A stretch of 64,000 bases of DNA from an uncultured bacterium (lineage in GTDB: Bacteria > Patescibacteriota > Patescibacteriia > UBA1558 > GWA2-36-10): NCBI GenBank assembly GCA_903855135.1, contig CAINYB010000001.1, positions 2,740 through 66,739 of the forward strand. The letters run 5' to 3'. Both the position numbers and the translations under genes were made by a program. The notes under the pieces are model-generated. The model was not told where the DNA came from. It did not search any database and saw only the letters and a list, made by a program, of their open reading frames with translations. Below, piece after piece: positions 29,782 through 38,208 of the stretch (positions are counted from its first letter, which is position 1; the number at the start of each line of letters is the position of its first letter).

Positions 29782-31233
29782 TTACTTCTCTAAAATCACT
29801 GGCGTCACAGGAAAGTCTGGCAATAAATAAGCATTATATTTATCTTGCCCACTAGCCCAAAGCAAATTAGTACCGTCAGTCGTTTCGTCGCCTACTAAAG
29901 TCAACTGTAAACGAGCTTGTTCACCTAAAACTTTTACTTTAGCTAATAACTCCACTTCTAGGCCTTGATTGATCGGCGCACCATTTTCTCCAAAATCAAA
30001 AGTCAATAATTTATCTTGCCAGTTTGGCTTTACGACATAAGCTTGACCATTAATCCACAAATCCCAATCTAAAATATTCAAACCAAAATCTGCTACTTGA
30101 AAAGTTAATTTATGTAAGCTAGTGCTGCTAGAAGCTGCTTGTAAATCTACTTTAAAAACACTATTCCAATCATCAGTTAAAATACTTGGCTGCGCATCAG
30201 CTTTCATTCGTAAAACATCCACTCTTGGCTCTACGGTGCTTAAAGCTAAATCTACTTGGCTATGCAAATCTTCACCGGATAAAAATCCTTTAGCAACTAA
30301 ATTAGCTAAAGTAAACTGATAATTATCTTGGTTATTTAAATTCGCCCAAAGCTGTAAATTTAAATCTTGATCGATTTTTAAAACCAAATCACTTAAATTA
30401 AAAAATATGTGATCTTCTTCTATTTCAGCTTTGGCTAACATTTGTCCGCCACTGGCTAAATAAAAAGTATCAGCTGCGTCAATATTAGTAGTTAAAAAAT
30501 CTAGCTGTCTAATAGCAAAACTTTCCCCCTGACTAGACAAAGCAAAATCTGCTACTAAAGTATTAGTTTTTAGGGGAGCTAAAAATTTTGGTTTGCTTAA
30601 ATTATTATAAACTAAAATCTGACTATGCTCTAAAACTTTGACACTAGCTTTGAATAAAGGAAATTCACCTTGAGCAAAATAAAAACTCTGTCCGTCAGTA
30701 TTTACTATATCTTTAGCTTGTTGAAAACCAAAAATCAAAGTCTGACCAACTAAAGTATCATTTAGATTATCGGCTCTGAGCTGAAAATTATGTGTACCCG
30801 GTGTCAGGCTATAATTATCTAGCTTAAATAACATCTTGCCATCTGCAGTCCACTCCCAAGAGCCAATTTGCGTCTGACCTTCATATAATCTAACCTGATC
30901 TTTAAAAATGTCTTGTTTGATTATTTCTGGAGCTGAAATTGCTAAACTATGTAAATTAGTAGCTTCTTCGCTTTGTAAAATAAAAGAGAATAAAACATTA
31001 TTAATAGCCTGTGGTAATACTGCAGTGGTATTTTGATCAATAATAGCTACTTTGAGCTGATTATTTTTTGGGCTTAAAACCTCCGCATTAGAAGCTGGTC
31101 CTTTACTCCAAGATAAAGCAAAAACAAAACTCGTACTTGCTAATAAAAAACTGATAAAATAAAAACGCCATCGTTTTGATGAACGCTTTTGCTCTAACTC
31201 AACATGGTATGAAGGCATGAGGTGTTCAAACAT
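29782..31233 (-). CDS. Hypothetical membrane-anchored surface protein with repeated beta-rich (Ig/S-layer-like) modules
   Basis: N-terminal TM after a basic patch, then three loosely repeated beta-rich segments. Start placed at MFEHL (31233) and uncertain. Confidence 0.65.
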   Translation of the reverse strand: MFEHLMPSYHVELEQKRSSKRWRFYFISFLLASTSFVFALSWSKGPASNAEVLSPKNNQLKVAIIDQNTTAVLPQAINNVLFSFILQSEEATNLHSLAISAPEIIKQDIFKDQVRLYEGQTQIGSWEWTADGKMLFKLDNYSLTPGTHNFQLRADNLNDTLVGQTLIFGFQQAKDIVNTDGQSFYFAQGEFPLFKASVKVLEHSQILVYNNLSKPKFLAPLKTNTLVADFALSSQGESFAIRQLDFLTTNIDAADTFYLASGGQMLAKAEIEEDHIFFNLSDLVLKIDQDLNLQLWANLNNQDNYQFTLANLVAKGFLSGEDLHSQVDLALSTVEPRVDVLRMKADAQPSILTDDWNSVFKVDLQAASSSTSLHKLTFQVADFGLNILDWDLWINGQAYVVKPNWQDKLLTFDFGENGAPINQGLEVELLAKVKVLGEQARLQLTLVGDETTDGTNLLWASGQDKYNAYLLPDFPVTPVILEK

Positions 31234-31314
31234 GTTTATATTATAACACATTTTTTAAAAAGAAAAAAATAGCCCTATCTTAAGTTCAAAAAATTAGTTA
31301 AAATAAACATTTTT

Positions 31315-31343
31315 TTGACAAAACAAACAGTCAGAGATATAAT
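31315..31343 (+). promoter_or_regulatory. Perfect sigma70 consensus promoter TTGACA-17-TATAAT
   Basis: ttgaca 31315-31320 and tataat 31338-31343. Confidence 0.8.
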
Positions 31344-31371
31344 ATTAAGACTTAAATATTAAAAAAACTTT

Positions 31372-31701
31372 ATGAAGAAAAGTGAAACAATTTTACAAAA
31401 AGATGTAAGTGAACTAAAAATAACAGTCAATGACATTCTTTTTGCGGTTAATAAATTATCCGAAAATTTTGAACAAAGATTTGATAATGTAGAACAAAAG
31501 CTGACTGGAGTAGAGCAAAAGCTAGACAATGTAGAAACTAGACTTGGTTTTGTGGAAAGTACTATAAATACTCAAATGGTGACTAAAGATTATTTAGACC
31601 AGAAATTAATAAAATTAAGAGGAGTAAACAAATTAACTAATCTTTTACAAAAGAAAAGGATCATTTCTCCACTAGAAGCTAAGATGGTTTTATCTATTTA
31701 A
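31372..31701 (+). CDS. Coiled-coil protein, paralog of 24128-24478
   Basis: Identical N-terminus MKKSETILQKDVSELK and near-identical C-terminus; heptads VEQKLTG/VEQKLDN/VETRLGF. Confidence 0.8.
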   Translation: MKKSETILQKDVSELKITVNDILFAVNKLSENFEQRFDNVEQKLTGVEQKLDNVETRLGFVESTINTQMVTKDYLDQKLIKLRGVNKLTNLLQKKRIISPLEAKMVLSI

Positions 31702-31768
31702 ATTAAAACTCCCCAAAATAAAACCCCGCGTTGCGGGGTTTTATTTAAAATTATCACTCTAAAAAAAT

Positions 31769-31875
31769 AACCCCCTCTTTTTCTCCCCCTTCGTAAGGGG
31801 GAGACACTAGAAAAAACGTTTTTTAAACTCCTCCCCTTCCCCGCGAAAGCGGGGAAGGGGAGGACGGGAGAGGTT
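31769..31875. repeat. Composite double-hairpin repeat (DUF559-associated family) with a nested ccccgcgaaagcgggg hairpin
   Basis: tctcccccttcgtaagggggaga ... ctcctcccctt[ccccgcgaaagcgggg]aaggggagg.cgggagaggtt. Confidence 0.8.
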
Positions 31876-31879
31876 AAAA

Positions 31880-32962
31880 TTAGTCTACCAATTGTTGCAG
31901 TCTAGCTTTGATAAAAGCTAATAAATCACCATTTAAAACTTTATCCGGGTCAGTACTTTCATAGTTACTACGATGATCTTTGACTAATTTATAGGGATGT
32001 AAAACATAAGAACGAATTTGATTACCCCAAGCAGCTTGTGTATACTCACCTTTTAAGGCTTTCTTCTCCTCGTCTCTTTCAGCTTGATAAAACTTAGCCA
32101 GCTTGCTCTGCAAGTGCAACATCGCTTGCTGTTTATTTTGTAATTGTGAACGTTCATTTTGACAAGAGGCTACTAGCCCAGTCGGTAAATGTGTGATACG
32201 CACTGCTGAATCAGTAGTATTGACTGATTGACCACCATTACCAGAGGAGCGATAAGTATCTATTTTTAAATCTTCGTCTTTAATCACAAAGCTGACTTCT
32301 TTTAGTTCTGGTAAAACTTCTAACATTGCAAAAGAAGTGTGGCGCGCGTGATCAGAATCATAAGGAGATAATCTTACTAAACGATGAACGCCAGCTTCGT
32401 TTTTTAAATAACCATAAGCATAAAGACCAGAGATTTTAAAAGTAGCGCTTTTAATGCCCGCTTCTGCTCCTGGTGAACGTGATAATAAAACTACCTGCCA
32501 ATTTTGATTTTCCGCAAAACGTAAATACATCCGCTCTAGCATCTGTGCCCAATCTTGTGCGTCATCACCACCTGCTCCAGCATTGATAGTAATGATCGCA
32601 GGATTTTGATCATACTGACCCTGTAAAAATAATTCCGTGGCTAATAATTCATATTGTTTTACCGCTTCAGCTAATTGCTTGCTGATATCTTCTTGTAGTG
32701 AACTAGCGTCCGCGTCTTTAACTAAAATCTGTAAATCTAATAAATTTTCTTGTAAATTATGCCAATTATTTTTTAAAGTTTCTAAATAAGCATAGCGACT
32801 AGAAACAGTTTTAGCTATTTCTTGAGTAGTCCAAAAATCAACGCCTGACATTTGCTTTTTTAAAGCCATCATTTCCTCTTCTTTTTGTGGCCAAACCAAA
32901 ACAAGCATGGCTTGCTCTACTTTTTTAAGTAATTCAATAATTTGTAATTTTAATTCTTCCAC
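31880..32962 (-). CDS. prfB: Peptide chain release factor 2 (uninterrupted ORF)
   Basis: GAGGDDAQDW..ML.RMY, E.GVHRLVRLSPY, RHTSFA, GGQSVN, WGNQIRSY. Confidence 0.96.
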   Translation of the reverse strand: MEELKLQIIELLKKVEQAMLVLVWPQKEEEMMALKKQMSGVDFWTTQEIAKTVSSRYAYLETLKNNWHNLQENLLDLQILVKDADASSLQEDISKQLAEAVKQYELLATELFLQGQYDQNPAIITINAGAGGDDAQDWAQMLERMYLRFAENQNWQVVLLSRSPGAEAGIKSATFKISGLYAYGYLKNEAGVHRLVRLSPYDSDHARHTSFAMLEVLPELKEVSFVIKDEDLKIDTYRSSGNGGQSVNTTDSAVRITHLPTGLVASCQNERSQLQNKQQAMLHLQSKLAKFYQAERDEEKKALKGEYTQAAWGNQIRSYVLHPYKLVKDHRSNYESTDPDKVLNGDLLAFIKARLQQLVD

Positions 32963-32975
32963 TAATTTTAAAAAA

Positions 32976-33323
32976 TTATTTACACATTTTCTCTACTAGA
33001 CTTTGTCTAGCGGTCGGATCACACAAAATTTTACTGATATCGGTAGCAGAAAAGCTATCTTTCTGACTAATGTCAGTCGTATCAAGATTTGAAGTTAAAT
33101 TCAAACCCGTCAAAGCATTACTCATCAAAGAGCTGTATTGTTTCAAATAAGGAGATACATAAAATAAAGCGATGATGATAGGGCCGACGATTAAAATTAA
33201 TTTTAAAACTCCAGCTAACTCTTGCCAAAAAAGCTTTTTCTTAATTTTTATTACCGTAGTTTCAATTTTAGCGATGCTAGCTTGATTTTGTAAAATTACT
33301 TGTTCTAATTGTTCTTGTGTCAT
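32976..33323 (-). CDS. Hypothetical small membrane protein
   Basis: Coiled N-terminus, one TM helix, C-terminal Cys pair. Confidence 0.65.
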   Translation of the reverse strand: MTQEQLEQVILQNQASIAKIETTVIKIKKKLFWQELAGVLKLILIVGPIIIALFYVSPYLKQYSSLMSNALTGLNLTSNLDTTDISQKDSFSATDISKILCDPTARQSLVEKMCK

Positions 33324-33370
33324 ATAAAGGCTTTAATATTTACTTGCCTTTATTATAGCAAAAAATAAGC

Positions 33371-33919
33371 TCAATGACGATATTTTTTATGTAACTTTAA
33401 AAAATCTAAATGTAATCTATGCAAAAATGAAGCTTGTCTTTTTTTATAATAATAATAGAAAATACCAACTATTAAAAGCAAAATAATTGCACTGAATATA
33501 GAGCTAAATAAAAATAGCTGGGATTTAAAAGGCGTAACACTGACACTTAATGGCACTTTGATACCAGAAGCAGCATTAAAGCTACTAGCTGATAAGGCAT
33601 TGGCTATTACGCTTAAATTAGTTTGATAAATTTGTGATTTATAAGTTGCAAAGTTAAAATTAATTTTAACTTTGGTTTTGGCCTCCGGCATGAGAGCAAA
33701 TTCTGCGTCTTCTACAATAATTTCTTTTGCCCAGTTGTCTGGCGAAATTTTGACTAAAATTGGCTCACTGGAAATATTAGTGACAATTAATTCCGCTGAT
33801 TTTTTATCTGGATAAACTACTTCTATTTTAGCTGGACTTAAAGTCAGACCTACTGCTTGTGCGTGGGGAATAAATAAACAGAAAAAAATTAAGCTAAAAA
33901 TAATTTTTTTCATCTGCAT
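33371..33919 (-). CDS. Exported Ig-like domain protein with C-terminal TM anchor
   Basis: Signal peptide MKKIIFSLIFFCLFIPHAQA, beta-rich domain, TM + basic tail. ATG overlaps the upstream stop (TAATG). Confidence 0.75.
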   Translation of the reverse strand: MQMKKIIFSLIFFCLFIPHAQAVGLTLSPAKIEVVYPDKKSAELIVTNISSEPILVKISPDNWAKEIIVEDAEFALMPEAKTKVKINFNFATYKSQIYQTNLSVIANALSASSFNAASGIKVPLSVSVTPFKSQLFLFSSIFSAIILLLIVGIFYYYYKKRQASFLHRLHLDFLKLHKKYRH

Positions 33920-35691
33920 TAACGAGCGCTCGCCCAAAAAATTAGCTGACCTTGATGTTGGCCAAAATTCGCTGTGCTAGGCACACTCAAACGCACATTT
34001 AAATTGGCATTTTGTCCGGCATTTAAATTTTCTCCGAAATCTGTCCAAACTTGATTATTTAAAGTCGTATTTTGCGTCAAAACACTATCGCCTAAAATGT
34101 TGGCTTCCAAAGCAATATTAACATTGCCTGAATTAGTGAGTTGTAAAATAGTTTCACCAATTTGTCCGCGCTCCAAATTACCAAAATTAATTTGATTTTG
34201 ACTGACAAAAAAACTAATCTGATTATTTTCTCCATCTCCAGACGGCACGACATTGACACTCAAATCTACACTTTGATTACTGCTTGAAGCGCCATAATTT
34301 AAATAAATTTTATTACTGCGGATAAAGGCTTCGCTACCATTAAAATACACTGGGTAAGCGCCATTTTGCGTCAAATCTACGCTAAATAAACCTTGAGCAT
34401 TGGTGACATAATTTTGTCCATTAATATTCACTGTCGCTTGGCTCAAATCTTGCCAAGTTTGATCAAAATATTGTAGATGTCCACTCAAATGTCCCGCATT
34501 ATCCACACTAGCCTCTACTTTACTAGGCTTAATACTAAATGAGCCATAAGCCCATAAAACCTCATCTTGGGCCTGTATTTGCGCCTGGTCAGCACTTTGA
34601 GTGCCAGGCTGCCAGTTGATCCAATATTGCCAACCATTTAAACCTTGGCCACTAAAACCTGCTATTTCAGAAAGATAAGGTCCATATTCGGTGTTAGTAA
34701 TTTGATAAGTAAAATTACAAATACTACTAGCCTCTTGCACAAGAGCTAAGACATTAGTTGCTGTCAAATGTTGAGCTAAACAAATAGTATTAGTTGGACC
34801 TTCTATTCTTAAACTAATATCTTGACTATTGCCATTACCGTTGCCATTATTATTTTCTGCGGGGATAGTGACGTGATTGACAGGATAGCTTTTATCTAAG
34901 ATGGCTAACAAGGCATAAGCTGTTACCATGCTTGATCCTTGAGTATCGCTTGCTAGCCACAAGAAAGAACCATCAGCTTGCTGTAAGCTATTTAAAAAAC
35001 TCAAGGGTGTATTATTTTCTTGAGACCAAGTGCTTTGATCAATGTCTAATTTATTTAAAGCCGCTAGCACCCAAGCAGTTGAGGCGCCATCAGAGGTGGC
35101 TGTTGCATCATAAGCAAAGCCGCCGTCAGTTTTTTGGGTAGTATGTAAATAGTTTAAAGCATTTACAATCACTTGGTCTTGGTTCGAAATATTTGTTTCT
35201 TTTAAAGCCATTAAAGCAGCGGCTGTGTCATTACTATCCGAAGTGCCACTTGCAGCCCAAGACCAACCACCGTCAGCATTTTGATGGCTAATGATAAAAT
35301 CTTTCACGCTACTAAAATCTTCAGCTTTATTAACAGCTCCAGCCGCTAATAAACCCCAAAAATCATCATTGAGCTGACTGGCGTCACCAAACTGACCATT
35401 ATTTAAATGGCTATTTAAAGTAGCAAATAAAGTGCGCATGCTAGTATAATCCTGACTATTTACGGCGCTCAAAACTAACAAATATTTAGCCACTTTCATC
35501 AAATCTTGTTCTTGGGCATTTATATAGTCAGTCGATAAATTCTGCACATTTGCTACTGCCAAACTTTGAGTGATCCAAGGATTTTGAGTTTGTGCTTGTA
35601 AATACTGAATCGCACTATTATTATCTGCCAAAGACAAAAATGGTGAGAGTAATAAAGTGCTAATTGAAAAGATGACAAACAATTTTTTCAT
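33919..35691 (-). CDS. Secreted prenyltransferase/squalene-cyclase-repeat (alpha/alpha barrel) + DUF4430 (transcobalamin C-terminal-like) + Ig-like protein; putative cobalamin-binding
   Basis: Signal peptide; repeats QNADGGW, QKTDGGF, QQADGSF with SD.NDTA.A..AL; DUF4430 signature YGPYLSEIAG...GWQYWIN...SADQ..IQ..DEVLW.Y. Confidence 0.82.
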   Translation of the reverse strand: MKKLFVIFSISTLLLSPFLSLADNNSAIQYLQAQTQNPWITQSLAVANVQNLSTDYINAQEQDLMKVAKYLLVLSAVNSQDYTSMRTLFATLNSHLNNGQFGDASQLNDDFWGLLAAGAVNKAEDFSSVKDFIISHQNADGGWSWAASGTSDSNDTAAALMALKETNISNQDQVIVNALNYLHTTQKTDGGFAYDATATSDGASTAWVLAALNKLDIDQSTWSQENNTPLSFLNSLQQADGSFLWLASDTQGSSMVTAYALLAILDKSYPVNHVTIPAENNNGNGNGNSQDISLRIEGPTNTICLAQHLTATNVLALVQEASSICNFTYQITNTEYGPYLSEIAGFSGQGLNGWQYWINWQPGTQSADQAQIQAQDEVLWAYGSFSIKPSKVEASVDNAGHLSGHLQYFDQTWQDLSQATVNINGQNYVTNAQGLFSVDLTQNGAYPVYFNGSEAFIRSNKIYLNYGASSSNQSVDLSVNVVPSGDGENNQISFFVSQNQINFGNLERGQIGETILQLTNSGNVNIALEANILGDSVLTQNTTLNNQVWTDFGENLNAGQNANLNVRLSVPSTANFGQHQGQLIFWASAR

Positions 35692-35780
35692 AAAATTTTG
35701 ATTAAATAAATTTTCTTACCTGTAAGCCCGCTTCGCGGGCTTATCACTAGAAATTTTTAAATTGTTAGCTATAATACCTC

Positions 35781-35813
35781 AGAGGAAACCCCGCCCAAGG
35801 CGGGGTTTCCTCT
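35781..35813. terminator. Strong hairpin between the two DUF4430-type genes
   Basis: agaggaaaccccgcc-caa-ggcggggtttcctct perfect 15-bp stem. Confidence 0.6.
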
Positions 35814-35819
35814 GCTTTT

Positions 35820-36167
35820 TCAATGCAATGGATATGGAGATGTTCGTAGTCTCGGATCATAAGAAAAAATCCTTTGATCATTACGCGCAATCATTACACG
35901 CTGACGATTATGGTCAAAAGTGACACTGTCTACTGAATGAGATACCCAAGTATCATCAACATAAATCAACAGATCCCCCATTTGTCCATTGATACCACAT
36001 AGCAAACGACCCTCTCCAAAACCCCATTCTTGATTAGGATCGTAAATAGCATCAAAATGACTTAAAAAATCAGCAAGAGTTCTCTGGCGGGCTAAAATTT
36101 GATTGTTATGGACCAAAAGAGACAGTAGGCCAAGGCCTAAGGCTGGGAAAAACTCGCGACGATTCAT
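35820..36167 (-). CDS. Small exported protein with twin-arginine-like signal and divergent DUF4430-like domain
   Basis: RBS agagagg then MNRREFFPALGLGLLSLL; WGFGEGRLLCGINGQMGDLLIYVDDTWVSHSVDSV resembles the DUF4430 G.fi.sInG...W.yyvng...sad pattern. Confidence 0.6.
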   Translation of the reverse strand: MNRREFFPALGLGLLSLLVHNNQILARQRTLADFLSHFDAIYDPNQEWGFGEGRLLCGINGQMGDLLIYVDDTWVSHSVDSVTFDHNRQRVMIARNDQRIFSYDPRLRTSPYPLH

Positions 36168-36304
36168 GATAGACCTCTCTATGTTTGCATTGTTGTTGGC
36201 AAAGAACAAAAAATCTCCTATATTCTAGGAGACAACGAGTAAGTCTATTATCTTTTGACTTTGATGATAACAAGCTCACTCCTTCTCTCCTTAGGAAAAA
36301 GAAT

Positions 36305-36415
36305 AAACGACTTCGGGTATCTGACTTTCCGTCAAATGACGGATTACAGTAGCTAGGACTGTGGAGGCTTTACACCTCACTTCCCCGACTAAATTTTTAA
36401 TTTTCTACGGCTTCC
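36305..36415 (-). ncRNA. Cobalamin riboswitch (compact class)
   Basis: Minus strand cgGGGAAgtgaGGTGTAAAgCCtccACAGtcctagctACTGTAAtccgtcatttgacggaaAGTCAGatACCcg. It contains GGGAA, the P4 T-loop, P5 with ACTGT and the B12 box. TTGCCA-17-TAAAGT promoter at about 36418-36446. Confidence 0.87.
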
Positions 36416-36456
36416 AAACTTTAGCACAAGATTTTAGACTTGGCAAGTTTAAAAAG

Positions 36457-36536
36457 TACCCCCTCTCAGTCTCCCCCTAAATTAGGGGGAGAAGGCACGT
36501 TCCCTGGCGGATGCCGGGGAAGCGACAGAGGGGGTA
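36457..36536. repeat. Composite palindromic repeat, inverted copy of 2981-3055
   Basis: taccccctct..ctccccctaaattagggggag...agagggggta, with a different inner small hairpin. Confidence 0.8.
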
Positions 36537-36538
36537 TT

Positions 36539-37003
36539 TTATATTTTTTTATTTTTCTTTAATAATCTATTGAGCTCGGTCTGAAAAGTTTGCGCGTCTT
36601 TAAACGAACGATAAACTGAAGCGTAGCGAATATAAGCGACCTGATCAAAATTTTTCAGCTTTTTCATCACTATGTCGCCTAAAATTTTGGAAGTAATTTC
36701 ACCTTTAGAAACTTTGGTAATTTCTCTTTCAATTTCTGCAACTAATTTTTGAAAACCTTCTTCCAAATAAGATCGTTTTTCTAAAGAAGTACGCAAACCC
36801 TTGACTATTTTATCTCGATTATAAGATTCTCTACGACCATCACGCTTGATCACCACTAAGTCTAAAATTTCTATGGTTTCTAAGGTAGAAAAACGCATTT
36901 TACACTTTAAACATTCTCGACGCCGGCGAATATTAAAACCCCCGCCGCTTAAGCGAGAGTCTATTACTTTGGTCTCTTGATGATTACAAGCCGGGCAATG
37001 CAT
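36539..37003 (-). CDS. nrdR: Transcriptional repressor NrdR
   Basis: MHCPAC..ETKVIDSR, IRRRRECLKC..RFSTLE, ATP-cone VIKRDG, DQVAYIRYASVY. Confidence 0.97.
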   Translation of the reverse strand: MHCPACNHQETKVIDSRLSGGGFNIRRRRECLKCKMRFSTLETIEILDLVVIKRDGRRESYNRDKIVKGLRTSLEKRSYLEEGFQKLVAEIEREITKVSKGEITSKILGDIVMKKLKNFDQVAYIRYASVYRSFKDAQTFQTELNRLLKKNKKI

Positions 37004-37006
37004 TAA

Positions 37007-38188
37007 TTATCGGTCGTTTAATTTTTTACGTAAGAAAGCTGGGATATCAAGCTCTTCTTCTTCACGACTTTTTGGCGCTTCTTCAGGACTTGGAATTTCA
37101 AAATCTTCTTTTGGTTTAGTGAAAGCCTGCTTAATAGTACGTTCTTCAGCTTTTTTGACAAAAGTTTCTTGGTAAGAAATACTTGGCTGTGCCGCTGTAT
37201 GCCTTTCTTTTCTATCTCCTTTATCTTTAAAACCAGTAGCAATCACCGTCACTTTGACCTCATCGCCTAAGGCTTCATCAATCACGGCGCCAAAAATAAC
37301 TTTAGCTTCTGGATCACAAGCTGAGGTGATCACCTCAGCTGCTTCGTTGACTTCAAACATCGATAAGTCTGAGCTACCAGTAATAGTAAATAATACCCCA
37401 GTTGCACCATTGATAGATAGTTCTAACAATGGACTATCAATAGCAGCCTTGGCTGCTTCTTGGGCTCTGTTTTCTCCACTAGCCTTACCGATACCCATCA
37501 GGGCTGAACCGGCTTGTTTCATGATAGCTTTGACGTCAGCAAAGTCGACATTGACCAAGCCAGGCACCGTGATAAGCTCGGAAATACCTTGGACACCTTG
37601 TTTTAAAACTTCATCAACGATCGCAAAAGCATCAAGTAAAGAAGTTTTTTTGTCAATAATTTGCAATAATCTGTCATTAGGAATAGTGATGATAGTGTCT
37701 ACTTTGTCAATCAATCTATCCAAACCACGCTCAGCAATTTCACGACGCTGTACACCTTCAAAAGTGAAAGGACGTGTCACTACCGCCACTGTCAAAGCAC
37801 CAGCATCTTTAGCAATATCAGCGATAATTGGTGCTGCTCCTGTGCCCGTACCACCACCTAGACCACAAGTGATAAAAACCATATCCGCACCCTTAAGGTG
37901 CTCTGTAATGTCATTTTCATTTTCTTCTGCTGATTTAGCTCCTAGATCTGGATCCATGCCAGCACCCAATCCTTTGGTAGTTGCGCGACCAATATGAACT
38001 TTTTTGGGAGCAATGGAGTGATGTAAAGCTTGAGCGTCAGTATTGACGGCAATAAAATCAACGCCTTTAATCTTGGCGCTAACCATGCGATTAACTGCTG
38101 AGCCACCTGAACCGCCGACGCCAACTACTTTGATATTGGCAAAAGTTTCAATCGATGGAACTACTTCTTCAATGTTTTTTCTGATCAT
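37007..38188 (-). CDS. ftsZ: Cell division protein FtsZ
   Basis: GGGTGTG, NTDAQAL, NVDFADV, C-terminal LDIPAFLR. Confidence 0.99.
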   Translation of the reverse strand: MIRKNIEEVVPSIETFANIKVVGVGGSGGSAVNRMVSAKIKGVDFIAVNTDAQALHHSIAPKKVHIGRATTKGLGAGMDPDLGAKSAEENENDITEHLKGADMVFITCGLGGGTGTGAAPIIADIAKDAGALTVAVVTRPFTFEGVQRREIAERGLDRLIDKVDTIITIPNDRLLQIIDKKTSLLDAFAIVDEVLKQGVQGISELITVPGLVNVDFADVKAIMKQAGSALMGIGKASGENRAQEAAKAAIDSPLLELSINGATGVLFTITGSSDLSMFEVNEAAEVITSACDPEAKVIFGAVIDEALGDEVKVTVIATGFKDKGDRKERHTAAQPSISYQETFVKKAEERTIKQAFTKPKEDFEIPSPEEAPKSREEEELDIPAFLRKKLNDR

Positions 38189-38208
38189 TTATTTGAAAAA
38201 TTTAAAGA

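Noticed and set aside
33919-35691. Squalene-hopene cyclase or terpene biosynthesis enzyme
   Set aside because: There is no DXDD catalytic motif in the cyclase context; the protein has a signal peptide, a DUF4430 domain and a cobalamin riboswitch upstream.
37254-37997. 247-aa plus-strand ORF and the many other antisense ORFs over ribosomal and housekeeping genes
   Set aside because: These are shadow ORFs opposite well-conserved genes, with no motifs or initiation signals.
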